DNA of 58,493 bases from contig CALBSW010000046.1 in NCBI GenBank assembly GCA_937967465.1, positions 1-58,493 on the forward strand, in the 5' to 3' direction. Each line of letters opens with the position of its first letter. Position 1 is the first letter of the stretch. This document shows, piece by piece, positions 27,562 through 35,851 of the stretch. Below the pieces are notes generated by a model that saw nothing but the letters and a program-made list of their open reading frames with translations, ran no database searches and was not told where the DNA came from. Made by a program: the position numbers and the translations under genes. The stretch is from an uncultured Flavobacteriales bacterium. Lineage in GTDB: Bacteria; Bacteroidota; Bacteroidia; Flavobacteriales_D; Sanyastnellaceae.

Positions 27562-28836
27562 ATGGATGTCCACGACGCCCCATCGGATTCACCCCGCCCC
27601 ATCGGGTTTGCCCCACCCTTCATCGACGAGGCCACGGTGGAGGCCGTGTCCCGCGTCTTGCGATCGGGCTGGATCACCACGGGGCCGGAAACAGCCGCAT
27701 TTGAGGAAGAACTGGCGGCATTCACCCAAGCCGACAGGGTCGTCTGTGGCGGGTCGTGGACGGGCCTGGCCGGTGTGGTCCTCGATTGGTTCGGCGTTGG
27801 GCCCGGCGACGAAGTCATTCTCCCCGCCTACACGTATTGCGCGACAGCCAACGTGGTACTCCACCGGGGCGCCACGCCGGTACTGGTGGACCTCCCCGCG
27901 CCCGACCTGCAAGACGGGCTCAACCTGACGTGGGAAGCCATTGAACCGCACCTCAGCGAGCGGACCAAGGTGGTGATGCCGGTGGACATCGGTGGCTGGC
28001 CCGTGCCCTGTCACACCTGGAAGACCAAGCTCAAAGAATGGAGTGCCCACCACGGCTTCCAATCGGACCACCCTGTCCAACGAAAACTGGGTCGGCCGCT
28101 TCTGCTCTCGGATGCCGCCCACTCCCTCGGCGCCTCGGTGGAAGGCCTACCCGTGGGCGCCTTGGCCGACCTGTCCATCTTCTCCTTTCACGCGGTCAAA
28201 AACCTGACCACGGCTGAAGGCGGAGCTGTGGCCATTCGCCTCCCGAATGCGTTTGACGCAGATGACGTCCACCAGATTCTGAGGACCACGGCGCTGCATG
28301 GTCAGAGCAAGGATGCCGCGTCCAAATTCCAGGGCGGTGCGGGAGCATGGCGCTATGACGTATTGACGCCTGGTTTCAAGTGCAACATGACGGACATCCA
28401 AGCCGCCATGGGCCGGGTCGCCCTCGCTCGGTATGGGCGCGACCTCGAGCAACGACGCGCACTGGGCGATCGCTACGACGCAGGCTTCTCTGAATGGGAA
28501 GGCCTCCAACTCCCGCGACGTGACCACGGCAGGCGTCAGACCTCAGACCACCTGTACGCCTTGCGCATCCCCGCACTGAACGAATCGAAACGGGACAGCC
28601 TGATGGCGTCATTGGCCGCTCAAGGCATCGCCAGCAATGTGCATTTCCAGCCCCTCCCCCTCCTCACGGCCTACCGCGATCGGGGGCACGCACCCGAGGA
28701 CTGCCCCCACGCCATGCAGGCCTATGCCTGCGAAATCAGCCTGCCGCTTCACTTGCACATGGACCTCGCCGATGTGGACCGCGTCGTCCAAGCGGTTCGG
28801 GACGGCCTGCACCACATTGGATTCGCTTCCCGGTGA
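27562..28836 (+). CDS. DegT/DnrJ/EryC1/StrS-family PLP-dependent sugar aminotransferase
   Basis: FIDEATVEAVSRVLRSGWITTGPETAAFEEELAAF, SDAAHSLGA and SFHAVKNLTTAEGG (PLP lysine). CAACTTCG lies 4 nt upstream of the ATG. Confidence 0.85.
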   Translation: MDVHDAPSDSPRPIGFAPPFIDEATVEAVSRVLRSGWITTGPETAAFEEELAAFTQADRVVCGGSWTGLAGVVLDWFGVGPGDEVILPAYTYCATANVVLHRGATPVLVDLPAPDLQDGLNLTWEAIEPHLSERTKVVMPVDIGGWPVPCHTWKTKLKEWSAHHGFQSDHPVQRKLGRPLLLSDAAHSLGASVEGLPVGALADLSIFSFHAVKNLTTAEGGAVAIRLPNAFDADDVHQILRTTALHGQSKDAASKFQGGAGAWRYDVLTPGFKCNMTDIQAAMGRVALARYGRDLEQRRALGDRYDAGFSEWEGLQLPRRDHGRRQTSDHLYALRIPALNESKRDSLMASLAAQGIASNVHFQPLPLLTAYRDRGHAPEDCPHAMQAYACEISLPLHLHMDLADVDRVVQAVRDGLHHIGFASR

Positions 28837-29420
28837 AACGTGCAGCAGACATCCTCGCTTCCAGCATGCTGCTTCTGTTGCTGGGCATCCCGCTCTTGAC
28901 GGTGGCCTTGCTCTTGCGCGTCCGTCAAGGGAAGCCCGTGCTGTTTCGCCAAGAGAGAGTCGGGCTGCGAGGACAGCCGTTTGACATCCTGAAGTTTCGG
29001 ACCATGCGTCCCGCCCAAACGGGCGATGCCCAGGTCACCTCTGGAGAAGAGGACGACCGGATCACCGCCATCGGGGCCATCCTGCGCCGCCACAGACTCG
29101 ATGAATTCCCGCAATTGTGGAACGTCCTGCGCGGGGACATGAGCTTGGTAGGGCCGCGGCCCGAAGTCCCCCGATATGTGGACCACAGTCAAGACATCTG
29201 GCAGACGGTTTTGTCCGTGCGGCCAGGCATCACGGGGCCAGACGCTTTACAGTTCCGGAATGAGGGTGCCGATTTGGCCCAATCCAAGGACCCGGAAGCA
29301 CACTACCGAGATGTGATTCTGCCAGCCAAGCTTCAAGTCCAGGCAGACTACGCCCAACACCGCAGCTTGGTCGGGGATGTCCGGATTTTATTCCGAACGC
29401 TCGGCGCCTTGCGGGGCTGA
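28833..29420 (+). CDS. Small monotopic phosphoglycosyl (undecaprenyl-phosphate sugar) transferase, PglC/WbaP-C-like
   Basis: FRQERVGLRGQPFDILKFRTMR...DDRITAIGAILRRHRLDEFPQLWNVLRGDMSLVGPRP. GTGA overlap with the aminotransferase stop. Confidence 0.85.
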   Translation: MKRAADILASSMLLLLLGIPLLTVALLLRVRQGKPVLFRQERVGLRGQPFDILKFRTMRPAQTGDAQVTSGEEDDRITAIGAILRRHRLDEFPQLWNVLRGDMSLVGPRPEVPRYVDHSQDIWQTVLSVRPGITGPDALQFRNEGADLAQSKDPEAHYRDVILPAKLQVQADYAQHRSLVGDVRILFRTLGALRG

Positions 29421-30296
29421 ACACCCTTCCACAAAGAAGAGCAACTCGCGCAGGCGCTCGGCCTGCTCCAAATCTTCCTGGCGCTCGTAGGCATAGGCCA
29501 GATTGCCAATCAAGCGGCGCAGCACATCGACGGGATGACACGGGCCACAATTTCCTTGGTCGACGGGCAGGTCGAGGTGACCGAGAAATGCACTCACCTC
29601 TTCCGGGTGAATCACACCGCCACGGTTGAAGGGATTGATGTAAAACAACACGCTGCCCGGGCCACCGTCTGCTGAGAACTCCCCCAAGTGCCCTCCGTCG
29701 CAATAAGCGAGGATGAAATGGTTGGGCAGGTTGACCCCATGAATGGGCAATCCCAATTCCTGTACCATGGCGAGGTACAGGGCACCCAGTGCCAAACTGT
29801 TGCCTTTTCTCTGACGCAAGACTTGGCTTGGCAGGGCGTGCAAGGGACGCGCAGCACCACCGCGGGTGCCATCAAATCCGTGGTGCTCAAAGAAGATGCG
29901 GTTCACCACACGCACCTGCTCCAAAGCGGTCATGTCGTCGTGCAGCTCCAGCCAGATGTCCTGTCGGATGCGCTGCAAATCCTCACGCAGACCCTCCGCG
30001 TCCGATGCCGGATCGACGTATTGGTCGAGCAGAAGCAGCGCGGAAGACAAACCGTGCTCGGGGGAATCGATCCAATCCGCAAACGAGGTCCGAATCTCAT
30101 CGGTGGCGAGTTGGTCCAACAAGGACTTGGCCCGCTGAAGGAACATGTCGCCATGGCCATCTTCCTCCAGGGCTTTGCGGAGGCTGGGGACGGCGGCTTC
30201 GCCAATCCGCTCCAATTCCTTCTTCACGGTCGTGTAGATGCCCTCATCGGGGTCCTCCAACAAGGAAATCAATGCATGCAACTCGGTAACGCTCAT
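29388..30296 (-). CDS. Transglutaminase-like / SirB1-family protein with a C-terminal TPR-like region
   Basis: N-terminal HEAT-like LLEDPDEGIYTTVKKELERIGEAAVPSLRKALE. Central GNSLALGALYLAMVQELGLPIHGVNLPNHFIL resembles the SirB1/UPF0162 core. Confidence 0.65.
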   Translation of the reverse strand: MSVTELHALISLLEDPDEGIYTTVKKELERIGEAAVPSLRKALEEDGHGDMFLQRAKSLLDQLATDEIRTSFADWIDSPEHGLSSALLLLDQYVDPASDAEGLREDLQRIRQDIWLELHDDMTALEQVRVVNRIFFEHHGFDGTRGGAARPLHALPSQVLRQRKGNSLALGALYLAMVQELGLPIHGVNLPNHFILAYCDGGHLGEFSADGGPGSVLFYINPFNRGGVIHPEEVSAFLGHLDLPVDQGNCGPCHPVDVLRRLIGNLAYAYERQEDLEQAERLRELLFFVEGCSAPQGAERSE

Positions 30297-31414
30297 TGCC
30301 GGTTCAGGTTGTGCTCGGCAAAGTAGTTCTGTGTTTTGCGGGCTATCTTAAAGCAGTGGCTTCTTATAAAAACGACCCTGTGGATGCGACCCCCACGCCC
30401 AGTTTTGGCGGGGCTTCAGCCACACACGCACCAGGTGAAGCGCGCATTGCCCCCGGAGCGCGCCCCTTTCGCGTCCACGGTCGTCGGCCTGCACCGCCCC
30501 CTCTGGAACAGCAGGCGAAAGACTTGGAGGCCGACCGCCGGAGAATCCGCTCTGCACTGACCATCACCGTCGGCATCCTCACCCTCATCTGGGGCGTCTA
30601 CTTCCTCAACGACCAATTCGATCTCGGATGGAAGCGGTTCGGCAACCGCCCCCTGCGGTGGAACGGACTGGCCGGCATTGTCACCATGCCCTTTCTCCAC
30701 GGAGACTTCCAGCACCTGTGGGGCAACACCGTGTCGTTCTTCTCCTTGAATGCCATGCTGGTGTACTTCTACCGGGACCTCGGCCTGCGGGTCCTCGTTT
30801 GGGCCTGGATCGGCACCGGACTCCTCCTGTGGCTGAGCGGCGCATCCGGCAACCACATCGGGCTCAGCGGCGTGGTCTATGCACAAGTGGCCTTCCTGTT
30901 CTTCAGCGGCATTCTGCGACGCCACCCCCACTTGATTCGGGTGGCCCTGGTGGTGGTCTTCCTGTATGGCAGCATTGTCTGGGGCGTGTTCCCGATTGAA
31001 GAGGGCGTCAGCTGGGAAGGGCACCTCTCCGGCGCGTCCATGGGGGCATTCCTGGCCTGGGTTTGGCGGAAACAAGGTCCCCAGCGACCGCCCCTGCCGC
31101 CCATGGAGGACGAAGAGGCGGAGGCCGATGGCCATGCCCAGGGGCACGGTCCAACCAGCACGCCTTCTGCTTCCGGCCGTGGCGGCCAAGCCATCCTCGA
31201 AAGCCCTGCTGGCATCCTTGGCGAGGCAGCCGTGGAGGACACTTGGCTCACAGCCGAAACCACTTCTCCCGAGCAAGACGTTCGGGCCTGGCGCAGGGCG
31301 CAACTGATGTGGAACGGCCCCCGACCGCGTCCGGCTGAACACGCGAAATCCCGCCGGGGCGGGATTCGCAAGCCGCGCCAAGGCGGCCACATCAAGCGTC
31401 GAACGCGCTCGTGA
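30296..31414 (+). CDS. Rhomboid-family intramembrane serine protease with a long disordered C-terminal tail (start uncertain)
   Basis: LHGDFQHLWGNTVSF, catalytic GNHIGLSGVVYA (GxSG) and a His in WEGHLSGASMGAF. The only in-frame starts before TM1 are TTG 30296 and GTG 30311/30356/30380. Confidence 0.8.
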   Translation: MPVQVVLGKVVLCFAGYLKAVASYKNDPVDATPTPSFGGASATHAPGEARIAPGARPFRVHGRRPAPPPLEQQAKDLEADRRRIRSALTITVGILTLIWGVYFLNDQFDLGWKRFGNRPLRWNGLAGIVTMPFLHGDFQHLWGNTVSFFSLNAMLVYFYRDLGLRVLVWAWIGTGLLLWLSGASGNHIGLSGVVYAQVAFLFFSGILRRHPHLIRVALVVVFLYGSIVWGVFPIEEGVSWEGHLSGASMGAFLAWVWRKQGPQRPPLPPMEDEEAEADGHAQGHGPTSTPSASGRGGQAILESPAGILGEAAVEDTWLTAETTSPEQDVRAWRRAQLMWNGPRPRPAEHAKSRRGGIRKPRQGGHIKRRTRS

Positions 31415-32536
31415 TCAGGCGTTGAGCATGACGGGCATGACCAACATGAGGATGTCCTCACCGGTCGCCTCTCCGTCATGCTGGGGCCGGATGATGCCGG
31501 CCCGATTGGGCGCGCTCAACTCCAGCGTGATCTGTTGGGCATCCAGGTTGTTCAACATGTCGAGCAGGAAACGGCTGTTGAATCCGATTTCCATGTCGTC
31601 CCCTGCGTAGCTGCAGGCCAAGGTTTCGCGGGCTTCATTGGCGAAGTCGACATCCTCCGCGCTGATGGTCAAGCTACTGCCAGCCAATGAAAGGCGCACC
31701 TGGTGGGTGGTCTTGTTGGCGAAGATGGAGACCCGGCGAATGCTCCGCTGGAAATCCTTCCGGTCGATGGTCATGCAGTTCGGATTCTCCTTCGGAATGA
31801 CCGCCTCGTAGTTCGGGTATTTGCCCTCGATCAAACGGCACACCACGTCCATTTCACCGTACTTGAAGTGGGCGTTGGCTTCGTTGAAGCTCACCACCAC
31901 CTCGTCGGTCATGGGCAAGGTGCCCTTCAGCAGGTTCAATGGCTTCTTCGGCACAATCATCTCCGCATTCTCCGGCGCGGAGGCATCCATCCGGGCGTAC
32001 CGAACCAAGCGGTGGGCGTCGGTCGCAACGAAGCTGAGGTGGTCGTTGCGCAGTTCGAAGAAAATGCCGCTCATCACCGGGCGCAAATCATCGCTTCCCG
32101 CAGCAAACAAGGTCCGGCTGATGGCCTCGGCGAGGGTGTCGGAGTTCAAAGTGACAGAAGCCGCACCTTCCAGCTCCGGTGTCCGCGGGAACTCGTCCGC
32201 GTGGGCGCCAGCGAGCTTGTACTTGCCAGCCTCACTGGTCATTTCCACCCCGCAGGTTTTGGGGTCCACCTTGAAGGTCAAGGGCAGGTCCTCGAAGGTT
32301 TTGAGGATGTCCAACAACATCTTGGCGGGGATGGCGATGGCACCTTCTTCTTCTGCGGTGACCTCGACCGTGGTGGTCATGGTCGTCTCGAGGTCACTGG
32401 CGCTGATGGACGCCTTCCCCGGGGCCACCTCGAACAGGAAGTTGTCCAGGATGGGCAGCGTGTTGCTGCTGTTGAGCACGCCACTGATGGCTTGAAGCTG
32501 ACGAAGCAGGGCGGTGCTGGATACGATGAACTGCAT
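31415..32536 (-). CDS. dnaN: DNA polymerase III beta sliding clamp
   Basis: MQFIVSSTALLRQLQAISGVLNSSNTLPILDNFLFEV...LELSAPNRAGIIRP. Length is about 373 aa from ATG 32536. Confidence 0.95.
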   Translation of the reverse strand: MQFIVSSTALLRQLQAISGVLNSSNTLPILDNFLFEVAPGKASISASDLETTMTTTVEVTAEEEGAIAIPAKMLLDILKTFEDLPLTFKVDPKTCGVEMTSEAGKYKLAGAHADEFPRTPELEGAASVTLNSDTLAEAISRTLFAAGSDDLRPVMSGIFFELRNDHLSFVATDAHRLVRYARMDASAPENAEMIVPKKPLNLLKGTLPMTDEVVVSFNEANAHFKYGEMDVVCRLIEGKYPNYEAVIPKENPNCMTIDRKDFQRSIRRVSIFANKTTHQVRLSLAGSSLTISAEDVDFANEARETLACSYAGDDMEIGFNSRFLLDMLNNLDAQQITLELSAPNRAGIIRPQHDGEATGEDILMLVMPVMLNA

Positions 32537-32679
32537 GTGATCGGGTTGGGACATCGAAAATACCCTTCGCCCCTGCCCCAAGGCGGAAATCCACGGCCTC
32601 ACTTTTTCACAACGGATGCACCGGACTTCTGCCCTCTCCAGGCGTTGTGCGTCCACAGGATTGCGCGTATTTTGACCCC

Positions 32680-33033
32680 ATGATGAACGTTGTGAAGCCG
32701 TTGGCCCTGCTGGCCGTCCTCGCCCTGGGCGCCTCCTCCTCTTCCGCCACTGCCCAAGAGACTGTGGAACCCGGATCGGACGTGGTCCTGGCCACCCTCG
32801 AGGCGCCGATGACCCGAGAGGCCCTCAACGCGACCCGCATCGCCCTCGAAGAAGCAGGCCACACCTTTCACTATGGCGGCTTCCAATTCCGCCCCGACGG
32901 TCAAATGATCGGAGCAGAAATCCTCCTGAAAATTGAAGGGGGTGTCGAAGAGCGTCGGTACATCGAATTCGTCACCGACGATTGCAAGCTGCAGATCCTC
33001 CAGAACGAGGGCCTCAAGCTCGAGGGCTGCTGA
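32680..33033 (+). CDS. Small secreted hypothetical protein
   Basis: Signal peptide MMNVVKPLALLAVLALGASSSSATAQ. GC3 is high. No motif recognised. Confidence 0.5.
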   Translation: MMNVVKPLALLAVLALGASSSSATAQETVEPGSDVVLATLEAPMTREALNATRIALEEAGHTFHYGGFQFRPDGQMIGAEILLKIEGGVEERRYIEFVTDDCKLQILQNEGLKLEGC

Positions 33034-34072
33034 CCGCCTGCAAGGCCGCCCAAACGGCCTTCACTGCCACGTCCTCCCCACACTGAAAATGCCCCAGCGG
33101 GCAAGCTGTCTTGCCGTGCACACCGCACGGCTTGCACGCCAATTCCCCCTCCTGGACCTCCACGTTTTGGCCCCGGCCGGACGCTTCGTCCTCAGGCAAC
33201 ACACCGAAGCCCAGTCTGGGCGTGGTGCTGCAGAAGACCCCCACCACGGGTGTGCCCACTGCCCCTGCCATGTGAAGGGGGGCACTGTCGTTGCTCACCA
33301 CAGCTTTGGATTTGGCCATCAGGGCAGCTGACCCCAACAGGTTCAAGTCTCCCGCCACCACACAAGGTGCCTCCTTCGCCCCGGAGGCGATGCGCTCCAA
33401 CAGCGGACGATCGGACGCCGCTCCCAGGAGGACCACGGGCTCACCATGAGCGTGAAGGAGGTCGACCAAGGCAGTCCAGTGGGATTCGGGCCAACGCTTG
33501 GTGGCCCACACACTGGAAGGAGCCAACACCGTCGCACCAGAAGGGAGTGAATCGGCTGCAGCCATGTGCTGTGGGGCCACATGCAGCTTCGGTCGATGGC
33601 GGACCGGGTCAAAGTCGCCCAACCACGGAGCCAACAGCGCGTGATTCCGCTCGGTTTCATGGCGGCCATCTCCGATCCCGTGGGGATGTTGATGGACCTG
33701 CACTCCAAAAGTCGGGACACCTGAAAATCCCGCATGGTTCGGGGCACCCACCCACCGGGCCACAAGGCCCATGGAGGCGTGTCGATGCAGGTTGACCACC
33801 ACCCCCGGGCTGGTGCGGCGCACTTGACGCGCCATGGACCACATTCGCAGGTATTTGCCCCACCCGGTCCTGTCCCACACCCAGACTTGGCTCACAAAAG
33901 GGTGGTCTTCAAAAAAGCCGTGCGCGCCTTTCCGGACCCAGACCTGGATGGGGGAATCCGGATACGCTGCGTGCCAGCCCTCAATCAAGGCCGTGGACAG
34001 CACCACATCCCCGAGGAATGCGGGCTGCAGGAGGAGCAGTCCTCCAGGCGGATGTTCCGCCGCCCGACTCAT
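33014..34072 (-). CDS. Glycosyltransferase family 9 (LPS heptosyltransferase-like)
   Basis: LLLQPAFLGDVVLSTALIEGWHAAYPDS and C-terminal SNDSAPLHMAGAVGTPVVGVF. ATGA overlap with the dapD stop. Confidence 0.8.
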   Translation of the reverse strand: MSRAAEHPPGGLLLLQPAFLGDVVLSTALIEGWHAAYPDSPIQVWVRKGAHGFFEDHPFVSQVWVWDRTGWGKYLRMWSMARQVRRTSPGVVVNLHRHASMGLVARWVGAPNHAGFSGVPTFGVQVHQHPHGIGDGRHETERNHALLAPWLGDFDPVRHRPKLHVAPQHMAAADSLPSGATVLAPSSVWATKRWPESHWTALVDLLHAHGEPVVLLGAASDRPLLERIASGAKEAPCVVAGDLNLLGSAALMAKSKAVVSNDSAPLHMAGAVGTPVVGVFCSTTPRLGFGVLPEDEASGRGQNVEVQEGELACKPCGVHGKTACPLGHFQCGEDVAVKAVWAALQAVSSPRA

Positions 34073-34917
34073 ACCGCGACGGCGTGGGTGCGCAGGGCGT
34101 CGTTGAGCGAGGTCTTTCGGTCCGTGCTCTCCTTGCGGCGGCCCACAATGAGGGCGCAAGGCACGCCGAATTCTCCGGCAGGAAAGGACTTGGGCCGTGT
34201 CCCCGGAATGACCACCGAGCGCGGCGGCACTTCGCCCTTGTACTCCACGACCTCAGGACCTGTGACATCCAAGATTCGGGTGCTGGACGTCAGCACCACG
34301 CCTGCGCCGAGGACCGCTTCCTTGCCAATCCGGACCCCTTCGACCACAATGGCGCGGGATCCGATGAAGGCGCCATCCTCTACAATGACAGGCGCCGCTT
34401 GGAGCGGTTCGAGCACCCCCCCGATGCCCACGCCGCCGCTGAGGTGGACATCTGCACCGATCTGAGCGCAGGATCCTACCGTCGCCCAGGTGTCGACCAT
34501 GGTTCCGCTACCGACCCATGCTCCGATGTTGACATAACTGGGCATCATGACCACGCCCTTGCCGAGGAATGCACCGTAGCGGGCAATGGCATGGGGCACC
34601 ACACGCACGCCAGCTTCGGCATGGTTCTTCTTCAACGCCATCTTGTCGTGGAACTGGAAAGGGCCCACCTCTTCCACCTTCATCTCGCGCATGGGGAAGT
34701 AGAGGACCACAGCCTTCTTGACCCACTCGTTGACTTGCCATCCCCCGTTCACGGGTTCGGCACAACGCAGCACACCGCGATCCAGCCCATCCAGCACGGC
34801 TTCCACCGCCTCTCGGGTCGCGGACTCCCCCCGCAACTCGGGGGCATCCCATGCAGATTCGATGGCACTTTTCGCAGCAGTCCACTCACCCGGGACTGGG
34901 ATGGTCGCATTCTCCAT
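34069..34917 (-). CDS. dapD: 2,3,4,5-tetrahydropyridine-2,6-dicarboxylate N-succinyltransferase
   Basis: Hexapeptide-repeat region MPSYVNIGAWVGSGTMVDTWATVGSCAQIGADVHLSGGVGIGGVLEPLQAAPVIVEDGAFIGSRA. Confidence 0.9.
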   Translation of the reverse strand: MENATIPVPGEWTAAKSAIESAWDAPELRGESATREAVEAVLDGLDRGVLRCAEPVNGGWQVNEWVKKAVVLYFPMREMKVEEVGPFQFHDKMALKKNHAEAGVRVVPHAIARYGAFLGKGVVMMPSYVNIGAWVGSGTMVDTWATVGSCAQIGADVHLSGGVGIGGVLEPLQAAPVIVEDGAFIGSRAIVVEGVRIGKEAVLGAGVVLTSSTRILDVTGPEVVEYKGEVPPRSVVIPGTRPKSFPAGEFGVPCALIVGRRKESTDRKTSLNDALRTHAVAV

Positions 34918-34921
34918 GCGG

Positions 34922-34935
34922 CGAAGATACCTTCG
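34922..34935. promoter_or_regulatory. Overlapping divergent TAnnTTCG boxes for dapD (-) and ruvX (+)
   Basis: The plus strand reads TACCTTCG-caac-ATG (34940). The minus strand reads TATCTTCG-ccgc-ATG (34917). The two boxes share the TA at 34928-34929. Confidence 0.45.
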
Positions 34936-34939
34936 CAAC

Positions 34940-35350
34940 ATGGCCCGGTACATCGCTTTCGACTATGGGACCCGCCGCGTGGGCGTGGCGGTCACGGACA
35001 GTGGCGCCATGATTGCCGCGCCAGAAGGGACGTACCCCCCAGAATCCTTGGACCGGGAAATTCAGCGGCTGTTGGACGCGGAGCCCTGCGCGGGCTTTGT
35101 GGTGGGCATGCCCGGTCTGGTGTTGGGCACAGACACCCACAGCAGCGGCCCGATTCGGGCATTCGTCAAACGTCTTCAAAAGGCCTTTCCCGGCGTCGAC
35201 ATCCAACTCGTGGATGAAGACCACACCAGCCGGGAGGCGTCGATGGCGATGGTTCAATCCGGCATGCGGAAGTCCAAGCGCCGACAAAAAGGCCAACTGG
35301 ACCAAATCGCGGCGACCCTCATTCTCCAGCGCTTCCTGGATCAGCGCTGA
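34940..35350 (+). CDS. ruvX: Holliday-junction resolvase-like / pre-16S rRNA nuclease YqgF
   Basis: MARYIAFDYGTRRVGVAVTD...VDEDHTSREA...LDQIAATLILQRFL. Confidence 0.9.
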   Translation: MARYIAFDYGTRRVGVAVTDSGAMIAAPEGTYPPESLDREIQRLLDAEPCAGFVVGMPGLVLGTDTHSSGPIRAFVKRLQKAFPGVDIQLVDEDHTSREASMAMVQSGMRKSKRRQKGQLDQIAATLILQRFLDQR

Positions 35351-35353
35351 GGA

Positions 35354-35803
35354 TCAGCCCTCTTCGTTGCCCTTGAAGACTTCGATCTCCTTGGTCGTCT
35401 TGACGAGATCGGTGAAGCGGTCCACATACCGCGTGGCCCGCACCACATGGTTGTCGATCCAGTGGTAATTGCCGCCGCGCGGCTTGCCCATCAACAGGCC
35501 GTGGTACTTGAATCCGTGTTGGGCGAACCAAGCTTCTGTGACCTCGCGGTGCTCTTCAGTCCGGCTGGTGAAGAAGGTGATGATGTGCCCCTCATCATAC
35601 CACCGGTTCAAGGTGTCCAACGCGTCCGGGAATGGCTCGCAGGTGGCCATGCGTTCCGGCTGTTCGTTGGGCACGTCTTCCGTGATGGTGCCATCGATGT
35701 CAATGAGGAAGTTCTTGACCTCCTCGGAAAGTTGGGGGGAAGCTGCACGGCCATCGGCGTCGGTTGCAGCGTGAAGGGGGGCGGGATTCTGATCGGAATG
35801 CAT
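35354..35803 (-). CDS. HAD-superfamily phosphatase-like protein
   Basis: DxDGT motif in FLIDIDGTITED. A second HAD-like block is IITFFTSRTEEHREVTEAWF. Confidence 0.55.
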   Translation of the reverse strand: MHSDQNPAPLHAATDADGRAASPQLSEEVKNFLIDIDGTITEDVPNEQPERMATCEPFPDALDTLNRWYDEGHIITFFTSRTEEHREVTEAWFAQHGFKYHGLLMGKPRGGNYHWIDNHVVRATRYVDRFTDLVKTTKEIEVFKGNEEG

Positions 35804-35851
35804 GACGTGGGGTCTTTCAAGACGAAAGGGTCATTGCCTTCCATGACAAAT

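Noticed and set aside
32537-32679. A possible replication origin or DnaA boxes next to dnaN.
   Set aside because: Only one weak match to TTATCCACA is present (cgTCCACAg, 6/9). There is no AT-rich unwinding element, no box cluster and no adjacent dnaA.
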